Shown here: positions 18,123 to 24,000 of the stretch, piece by piece | Numbering within the stretch: position 1 is the first letter of the stretch | Layout of the letters: each line of letters opens with the position of its first letter | Origin: Methanosphaera sp. | GTDB lineage: Archaea; Methanobacteriota; Methanobacteria; Methanobacteriales; Methanobacteriaceae | Direction: 5' to 3' | Length of the DNA stretch: 24,000 bases | NCBI RefSeq assembly: GCF_022768985.1 | Contig: NZ_JALEKL010000012.1 | Coordinates: forward strand, 35,479-59,478 | Notes under the pieces: model-generated | Database searches by the model: none | The model's input: only the letters and a program-made list of their open reading frames with translations | What the model was told of the DNA's origin: nothing | Program-made: the position numbers and the translations under genes

Positions 18123-19124
18123 ATGAAATTTCTAGTCTTTGAATATTCATCAATCTATTTTCAGGAAAATATTATATCTGAGGGATTTTCAATGCTTCGA
18201 GAAATTCTATATGATCTTGATGTTATTGATGAATATAGTGTTGATTATCTTATAAATTCTAAATTATCAATAGATAATCTGAGCAAATGTAGACCTATAA
18301 CAGTTAATGATAATTTAAATGAGTGGCTTAGGTGTAATATTAAAAGCTATGATTATATAATATTTATTGCACCAGAAGATGAACATCTCCAGTATGAAAT
18401 AACAAAGATAATAGAAGATGAAAATATCAAAAAAATTGCATCAGATTCTACAACATCTGACATCTGTTCATCAAAAATTAAAACATACAATAATATATGT
18501 GATGTATTAAAAATTCCAACACTTAAAGTTGAAGTAGACAATATATGTAGTGATGCAATTTCAGAGTTTATAGATGAAAATAAAACATGTATCATAAAAC
18601 CTGATGATAGAACATCATCTGATTTCATATATAAAATACATTCACTAACTGAATTTAGAAAGATAATTAAGTTATATAAAGATGAGAATATTAAAGTTGC
18701 ACTTCTTCAGAAATATATTAAGGGTGAATCAATTAGTATAAGTGCAATATGTAGTAGAGATGATTCAAAAATAATAAGTATAAATTCACAACAAATAACT
18801 GAGCAAGACGACAATAAAATAGCATATAATGGATGTATTACACCCCTTAATCATCCACTAAAAGATGAAATTATTAAAACATCAAAGAAGATAATTAAAC
18901 AAATTCCAGGTCTTTATGGATTTATAGGAATTGACTATATAATAGATGATAATAAAATCTACATGGTTGAAATTAATTCACGTTTCACAACACCATTTAT
19001 AGTATTGTCTGAAAATTGTAGTGAAAATCTTATGAAGATAATAATAGACTATTGTATAGATGATAAATGGAGTAGTATTAAATTTAAAGATAATGGAGAA
19101 TTTTATAAAGGAGATATATTATGA
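18123..19124 (+). CDS. ATP-grasp family ligase, substrate unknown (MfnD tyramine-glutamate-ligase-like or related C1-cofactor-associated ATP-grasp)
   Basis: The C-terminal half has ATP-grasp features: IIKP, LLQKYIKGESISI, GFIGIDYIIDD..IYMVEINSRF (the E-x-N Mg/ATP motif). The N-terminus KFLVFEY....EGFSML resembles what I recall of the MfnD-type family. The specific family was not verified. Confidence 0.55.
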   Translation: MKFLVFEYSSIYFQENIISEGFSMLREILYDLDVIDEYSVDYLINSKLSIDNLSKCRPITVNDNLNEWLRCNIKSYDYIIFIAPEDEHLQYEITKIIEDENIKKIASDSTTSDICSSKIKTYNNICDVLKIPTLKVEVDNICSDAISEFIDENKTCIIKPDDRTSSDFIYKIHSLTEFRKIIKLYKDENIKVALLQKYIKGESISISAICSRDDSKIISINSQQITEQDDNKIAYNGCITPLNHPLKDEIIKTSKKIIKQIPGLYGFIGIDYIIDDNKIYMVEINSRFTTPFIVLSENCSENLMKIIIDYCIDDKWSSIKFKDNGEFYKGDIL

Positions 19125-20182
19125 AGTATATGGGACTTGATATTGGTGGAGCAAATACAGATTGTGTAATAGTTGAATTTGACAGTGAATATAATGTATT
19201 GTCAATTGATAAAGATAAGTATTATCTTCCTTTTTGGTCTGATCATGAAAGACTTCCTGAATGTCTTCTTAAATTAAAAGGTGAAAATAATATTGATGTT
19301 ATATGTGTTTCAATTACAGCAGAGCTTGCTGATTGTTATATGACAAAAAAGGAAGGTGTTCTTGATATAACATCAAAGGTTATGGATACATTTACAAGTG
19401 AGGATGTTTATTTTGTTACATTTGATGGACTAAAAGAGTATGAGTATGTTAAGGACAATCCACTTTCTGCTGCAGCTGCAAACTGGGTTGGTACTGCAAA
19501 TGTTATAAAACAGGTACGTGATGATTGTATCTTTATGGATATGGGAACTACTACAACTGATATTATTCCAATTAAAGATAAAAAGCTTGCATCAAGTGGC
19601 TTTAGTGATACTCAACGTCTTGGTAGTGGAGAGCTTGTATATACTGGTCTTCTAAGAACTAATGTTGCTGCAATTGTTGATAGTGTGGTTGTTGATGGAG
19701 TTAAAACAAGCATAAGTAGTGAGTTATTTACAACAACAGCTGATGTTAACATGGTTCTTGGAAATATTACATCTAGTGAATATACAACTCCTACAGCTGA
19801 TGGTAAAGATAAATCATTACTTGCATCTAAAAATCGTCTTAGTCGTCTGGTATGTGGTGATATTGACACAATTTCAGATGATAATATTGTATCTATTGCA
19901 AATGAGGTTTATGAAAAACAGGTACATCAAGTAGCAGAAGCACTTGCAAAAGTTATTAAAACAACAGGTATTAATTGCATTGTTTTATCTGATATTAAAG
20001 GTGGTAGTGTTTGTATGGATGCAGCAGGCAGATTTGATGTTGAAGTTATTAATCTTAAAGATTATATTAATGGTGATATTATTTCAATTATTACAGCTGT
20101 TGGTGCAATTAGTATGTATATTGAAAAGTATACAACTGATGATGTTAATGTTTTAGAAAAGATTTATGAATATTTTAATTAG
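19121..20182 (+). CDS. ASKHA-fold hydantoinase-A-like protein (family recalled as H4MPT-linked C1-transfer-pathway protein), function unknown
   Basis: Motifs DIGGANTD (phosphate-1) and DMGTTTTD (phosphate-2). The start overlaps the upstream stop (ATGA), with AAGGAGA SD 6 nt upstream. Confidence 0.55.
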   Translation: MKYMGLDIGGANTDCVIVEFDSEYNVLSIDKDKYYLPFWSDHERLPECLLKLKGENNIDVICVSITAELADCYMTKKEGVLDITSKVMDTFTSEDVYFVTFDGLKEYEYVKDNPLSAAAANWVGTANVIKQVRDDCIFMDMGTTTTDIIPIKDKKLASSGFSDTQRLGSGELVYTGLLRTNVAAIVDSVVVDGVKTSISSELFTTTADVNMVLGNITSSEYTTPTADGKDKSLLASKNRLSRLVCGDIDTISDDNIVSIANEVYEKQVHQVAEALAKVIKTTGINCIVLSDIKGGSVCMDAAGRFDVEVINLKDYINGDIISIITAVGAISMYIEKYTTDDVNVLEKIYEYFN

Positions 20183-20283
20183 ATTTTCATTATCATCTTT
20201 GTATAGGTATTTATTAATAGTAAATAATTATATAAATAAGTAATAATAAACTTTTAAATTTATAAAGACTCGAGGTAAATTAA

Positions 20284-20847
20284 ATGGATATAACAACTTT
20301 GATAATTTACTCCATTTACCTTATGATTCCAGCATACTTTTCTAATAGTTCAGCATTAGTATTTGGTGGTGGAACTCCTATGGATTTTGGACATTATGCA
20401 TGGGATAATCGTAGACTTATAGGTGATGGAGTAACATGGAGAGGACTTGTTGGTGGTGGTCTTCTTGGTACATTTGTTGGAGGATTATTAGGTCTTCTTG
20501 CAGATTTTAATATTGGATCATACTATTTTATGATTTCAGCATCACAGATAACATTTCTTTCAGGAAAAATACCTCAAGGATTATTACTCGGATTTTTATT
20601 AGGTTTTGGAGCATTAATTGGTGATGCAGTTGGAAGTTTTCTTAAAAGAAGACTTAACTTCAAAAGAGGACAGGCAGTGCCACTTCTTGATCAGCTTGAC
20701 TTTGTTGTTGTAGCACTTCTTTTTGCATCAATTGTAATTCATATTGACTTTATGGTAGTTATATGCATATTTATTATCAGTATATTCCTTCACCTTGGAG
20801 CTAATATGTTTGCATACCTGATAAATATTAAAGATGTATGGTATTAA
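20284..20847 (+). CDS. carS: CDP-archaeol synthase (CDP-2,3-bis-O-geranylgeranyl-sn-glycerol synthase)
   Basis: A 187-aa membrane protein with [44 protein letters not shown] and LLDQLDF, matching the CarS (DUF46) pattern. GAGGT SD lies 8 nt upstream. Confidence 0.8.
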   Translation: MDITTLIIYSIYLMIPAYFSNSSALVFGGGTPMDFGHYAWDNRRLIGDGVTWRGLVGGGLLGTFVGGLLGLLADFNIGSYYFMISASQITFLSGKIPQGLLLGFLLGFGALIGDAVGSFLKRRLNFKRGQAVPLLDQLDFVVVALLFASIVIHIDFMVVICIFIISIFLHLGANMFAYLINIKDVWY

Positions 20848-20900
20848 ATTAATGGAACCATGAAAAAAAGTAGAAGTATGTGGAATAATTTTTACATATC

Positions 20901-20935
20901 TTTTTTTTAAACACCAATATTTTTTTCTTTTTTTT
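20901..20935 (+). terminator. Oligo-T terminator cluster after carS
   Basis: T8, T7 and T8 runs lie 55-90 nt after the carS stop. This separates carS from the downstream radical SAM gene transcriptionally. Confidence 0.45.
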
Positions 20936-21124
20936 ATTAACATTTACAATAATAATTATTAATCATGATAAATTAAACAATTATTATAAATAATAGAATG
21001 AATTATATTATTATTAGATAAAATAGATATAGTATTTAGTTTAAATATAAATATATTAAATATTTTTATACTAATAATATTTTTTTATGAATTAAAAAAT
21101 AAAAATTACTTAATAACAAAATAA

Positions 21125-22690
21125 ATGCGGGGGGAATTTCAAATTACACAATATAATGACACAAAAAGCTTATGTCCTGAATGTCTTGAAATTTTGGATG
21201 CAAAAGTCTATTCAGAGGATAATAAGATATATATTGAAAAAACATGCCCAGAACACGGAAACTTTAAAAATACATACTGGCACAATGAAGATGCATATGA
21301 AAAAACAATTAAATATGAAGCAGAACCTCACCAGTTAACAAATCTAAAAGAGGCATCAGGGGAATGTCCATCAAACTGTGGACTATGTAAACAACACCAA
21401 AGTCAAACAATTCTTGGATTAATAGATGTTACAAATAGATGTAACCTTAGCTGTCCAATATGTTTTGCAAATGCTGCAGCATCAGGAACCTTATATGAGC
21501 CAACACAAGATGAAATAAGAACTATGCTAAGAGCACTTCGTAAAAATCAGCCTGTAAAAACACCAGCTATACAATTTTCAGGTGGAGAACCTACAGTACG
21601 TGATGATATTGTAGAACTCATTAAAATAGCAAAAGAGGAAGGCTTTGTACATACACAAATTGCAACAAATGGTATTGCACTTGCAAATAAAGAAAACCTA
21701 GCACAAGAACTTAAAGATGCAGGACTAAACACAGTATATTTACAATTTGATGGTGTTACAGAAGAACCATACCTTAAAACACGTGCTGCAAACATTCTTG
21801 ATAAAAAACTTCAAGCTATAGAAAACTGTAGAAAAGCAAAACTTGGAATTGTACTTGTACCAACACTTGTTAAAGGAATAAATGAAGATCAAGTTGGAGA
21901 TATCATATCATTTGCTCTTAAAAACCTTGATATTATCCGTGGTGTAAACTTCCAACCTGTATCATTTGCTGGACGTACACCTGCAGATCAAGTTGAACAA
22001 CAACGTATTACAATTGATGACTTTGTATCTGAAGTTGAAAAACAAACAGACAAAGCAATTACAAAAGATGCATTCTATCCAGCATCAGCTGTTGCTCCAT
22101 TTTCAGATTTCATAGCAGCACTTAGTGGAAGTGAAGCTGAAGTTACACTTACATGTCATGAACATTGTGGTGTTGGAACATATGTATTTAAAGAAACTGA
22201 TGATTCAATAATACCAATTACTGATTTTATTGATGTTGATAAATTCCTTGAAATGCTTGAAAAAACAATACCTAATCTTAATAAAAATACAAAAATTGGA
22301 AATACCAAAGCACTTCTTCGTGTAGTTAAAGAACTTCCTAGTGCTATTGATACTTCAAAATCTCCATCATATCTTGATATTATAGAACTTCTTAAAAATA
22401 TCTTCGTAAAACAGGATTATGAAGCTCTTGGTGATTTCCATATGAATGCTCTTCTTGTATCATGTATGCATTTCATGGATCCATTCAACTTTGATCAGGA
22501 AAGAGTACGCAGATGTGTAATACACTATGCTACACCTGATGGTAGAATTATTCCATTTTGTTCAATGAATACATTATATCGTGAAAGTATTGAAAAACAA
22601 TTCCACGTTCCACTTGGTAGTGATCGTGCAAAAGAGATTATGGCAAATATTCAGAAAGAAAAGGAAAAAAGAATGCAGAAAAATGAATAA
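21125..22690 (+). CDS. Multi-cluster radical SAM protein resembling tetraether lipid synthase (Tes / GDGT-MAS, MJ0619-type)
   Basis: Radical SAM motif CNLSCPICF (C106/C110/C113). An N-terminal CPEC...CPEH motif looks like a rubredoxin-type site. Further Cys motifs are CPSNCGLC, CHEHCG and C-terminal cysteines. The product is 521 aa. The assignment to Tes is from memory of the family architecture. Confidence 0.6.
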   Translation: MRGEFQITQYNDTKSLCPECLEILDAKVYSEDNKIYIEKTCPEHGNFKNTYWHNEDAYEKTIKYEAEPHQLTNLKEASGECPSNCGLCKQHQSQTILGLIDVTNRCNLSCPICFANAAASGTLYEPTQDEIRTMLRALRKNQPVKTPAIQFSGGEPTVRDDIVELIKIAKEEGFVHTQIATNGIALANKENLAQELKDAGLNTVYLQFDGVTEEPYLKTRAANILDKKLQAIENCRKAKLGIVLVPTLVKGINEDQVGDIISFALKNLDIIRGVNFQPVSFAGRTPADQVEQQRITIDDFVSEVEKQTDKAITKDAFYPASAVAPFSDFIAALSGSEAEVTLTCHEHCGVGTYVFKETDDSIIPITDFIDVDKFLEMLEKTIPNLNKNTKIGNTKALLRVVKELPSAIDTSKSPSYLDIIELLKNIFVKQDYEALGDFHMNALLVSCMHFMDPFNFDQERVRRCVIHYATPDGRIIPFCSMNTLYRESIEKQFHVPLGSDRAKEIMANIQKEKEKRMQKNE

Positions 22691-22698
22691 ATAATTAG

Positions 22699-22736
22699 TT
22701 TTTATACTAAATTTATTTATTTTTATATTTTTTTTT
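22699..22736 (+). terminator. Oligo-T terminator cluster after the radical SAM gene
   Basis: T5, T4 and T9 runs lie within 50 nt of the stop. Confidence 0.4.
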
Positions 22737-23052
22737 ATATGATCACCCACTTAAAATTCACTATTTCTAAATTCATATATTTAAAAAATAATTTTTAAAG
22801 TTAAAGCTCTTAAAATACTTTTTTTAAAAATTAAAGTGATTAAATTATTATTTTTTTAAAATAAATAAAAATAGTTTGATAATATTCGAATTAAAATCAT
22901 TAAACAATACCTTTTTAAATAATAAATGTTTATATATATTAAAAGCTAGAAAAATAATACATAGTGTTACTACTTTGAATTAATATAAGAAACTAAAAAA
23001 ATGTATAAAATATATGAAAATACTTATAAAATAGATTAATTAAACAATAATC

Positions 23053-23092
23053 AATGTATAAAAAAAAAGTATGTTAAAAAAAATTTTAATTC
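23053..23092 (+). promoter_or_regulatory. Candidate promoter region of the histone gene (two TATA-like tracts)
   Basis: TGTATAAAAAAAAAG and AAAAAAAATTTTAATT lie 35-75 nt upstream of the ATG. The exact box cannot be resolved in this AT-rich context. Confidence 0.25.
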
Positions 23093-23127
23093 TAAAGTAA
23101 CTTAGGAAAAAACTAGGGAGGTTTAAT

Positions 23128-23334
23128 ATGTCAAAATTACCATTAACACCACTTGGAAGAATCATTAAAAATGGTGGTGCAGAAAGAGTTAGTGAAGATG
23201 CAAAAGTTGAACTATCATCTTTCCTAGAAGAACAAGCAACAGAAATTACAAAACTTGCTTTAAACAATGCAAAAGAGAATGGACGTAAAACTCTTAAAGC
23301 AGAAGATATTGTAGTTGCTTACAAAGAGTTATAA
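23128..23334 (+). CDS. Archaeal histone (HMf family, single histone fold)
   Basis: The 68-aa product has LPLTPLGRIIKNGGAERVSEDAKVEL...GRKTLKAEDIVVAY, which parallels HMfB ([22 protein letters not shown]...GRKTIKAEDI). A strong SD (TAGGGAGGT) lies 6 nt upstream. Confidence 0.9.
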   Translation: MSKLPLTPLGRIIKNGGAERVSEDAKVELSSFLEEQATEITKLALNNAKENGRKTLKAEDIVVAYKEL

Positions 23335-23339
23335 TTCTA

Positions 23340-23401
23340 TTTTCCTTATTTTTTTTAATAAAATTTATCAATAAATCAATATTATCTTTTTATTTATTGA
23401 T
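23340..23401. terminator. Convergent terminator region: T4/T8 runs plus a perfect 10-bp inverted repeat (ATCAATAAAT / ATTTATTGAT, 15-nt loop)
   Basis: T8 sits at 23349-23356 after the histone stop. The inverted repeat arms are at 23367-23376 and 23392-23401, between the convergent histone gene and the 70-aa ORF. Confidence 0.35.
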
Positions 23402-23433
23402 CTAGAAACTTAAATTCATTTTTTTCTTTTTTT

Positions 23434-23646
23434 TTATTCTTTTTTTAATTCTATGAATTCATCCTCATCCATTGAAATATTAACATAATATGTATCATTA
23501 TCTTCAACTATTTTAAGTGCTACTGGCTGTTGTACTATGTTTATAATTTTATTAAAATATATTGAACTTTTAAGTGACATAATAGGATAGATGGATCTGT
23601 TTTCAACAACTATCACATCTGCTGTGTATATTTCATCTTTTTGCAT
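23434..23646 (-). CDS. Hypothetical protein (70 aa)
   Basis: The ORF has GGAG 8 nt upstream of its ATG. I recognise no family. It overlaps the upstream ORF by 34 nt in another frame. Confidence 0.35.
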   Translation of the reverse strand: MQKDEIYTADVIVVENRSIYPIMSLKSSIYFNKIINIVQQPVALKIVEDNDTYYVNISMDEDEFIELKKE

Positions 23647-24000
23647 AAAAACAACTCCATCATATTTATATTACTTCTATTATGTTTCGTATACTTTCTT
23701 TTTTTTATTGTTATAAACAATAGCTTTACTATGTTAACTACAATTATATCTAATGTTATATCTACATCTGATTTTAATATTAATGTATTAAATTCAGGAG
23801 TAAATGATATATTTAAATTTGCAGGATATAGTATTGCTGATATCATATAAATTAGTGATGATGCTTTTATTGTAAGATGATTATCACATAATCCTAGATT
23901 TAAAACTATGTTTGAATTATTAAATTTCATTAACTTTGGAAGATATGTTATAATTTCAATTATATCTGATTTTGCATCATCTAGTAGTTTTAATATTTGT
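23613..24000 (-). CDS. Hypothetical protein, 5'-truncated by the window edge
   Basis: The reading frame of the 105-aa track ORF stays open upstream to position 24000 (..QILKLLDDAKSDIIEIITYLPKLMKFNN..). I recognise no family, and the sequence is very AT-rich. Confidence 0.3.
   Translation of the reverse strand, partial: QILKLLDDAKSDIIEIITYLPKLMKFNNSNIVLNLGLCDNHLTIKASSLIYMISAILYPANLNISFTPEFNTLILKSDVDITLDIIVVNIVKLLFITIKKRKYTKHNRSNINMMELFLCKKMKYTQQM

Noticed and set aside
20728-20943. 71-aa minus-strand ORF overlapping the carS 3' end and its terminator region.
   Set aside because: It reads through the oligo-A/T terminator tracts, giving a K/Y/N-rich low-complexity product. It has no SD and is antisense to carS.
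23641-23850. 69-aa plus-strand ORF with a hydrophobic N-terminus.
   Set aside because: It starts at TTG without an SD and lies antisense to the minus-strand ORF, which remains open to the window edge. It is probably spurious, although neither strand is strongly supported here.
1-24000. Window-wide scan for tRNA/rRNA genes (GC-rich islands), CRISPR repeat arrays, IS elements or terminal inverted repeats, integrases, and defence or toxin-antitoxin genes.
   Set aside because: I found no GC-rich structured islands, no regularly spaced repeats and no transposase- or integrase-like ORFs. All long ORFs are accounted for by housekeeping families or are unassigned small ORFs.

Overview
This is a very AT-rich archaeal chromosomal segment, almost certainly from a Methanobacteriales methanogen such as Methanosphaera or Methanobrevibacter. 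The lineage call rests on methyl-coenzyme M reductase component A2 (atwA), an HMf-type archaeal histone, CDP-archaeol synthase, a tetraether-synthase-like radical SAM gene, deoxyhypusine synthase, RibL and a CofH-family gene, plus GGAGG/GGTGA-type Shine-Dalgarno motifs. I call 25 protein-coding genes, two of them cut by the window edges. Inferred transcription units on the minus strand are tldD(-nog1), cbiM-cbiN | cbiQ-cbiO, dys-membrane ORF, the wHTH-CBS regulator, cofH, orf90 and hisA-ribL. On the plus strand they are pyrF, atwA, truA-wecB, wecC, ATP-grasp plus ASKHA pair (possibly with carS), tes-like and histone. I saw no rRNA, tRNA, CRISPR array, transposase, integrase or recognisable defence or prophage gene, so this reads as a core housekeeping, cofactor and envelope region. 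I did not find a convincing stand-alone novel system. The best candidates for follow-up are: (1) a translationally coupled ATP-grasp + hydantoinase-like (ASKHA) pair of unassigned function; (2) carS next to a multi-cluster radical SAM gene resembling the tetraether lipid synthase; (3) a WecB epimerase with an extra ~70-aa C-terminal domain; (4) small or unassigned ORFs (orf90 and the right-edge ORF pair). All family assignments come from motif recognition by eye and from memory of family signatures. None has been checked by a database search.
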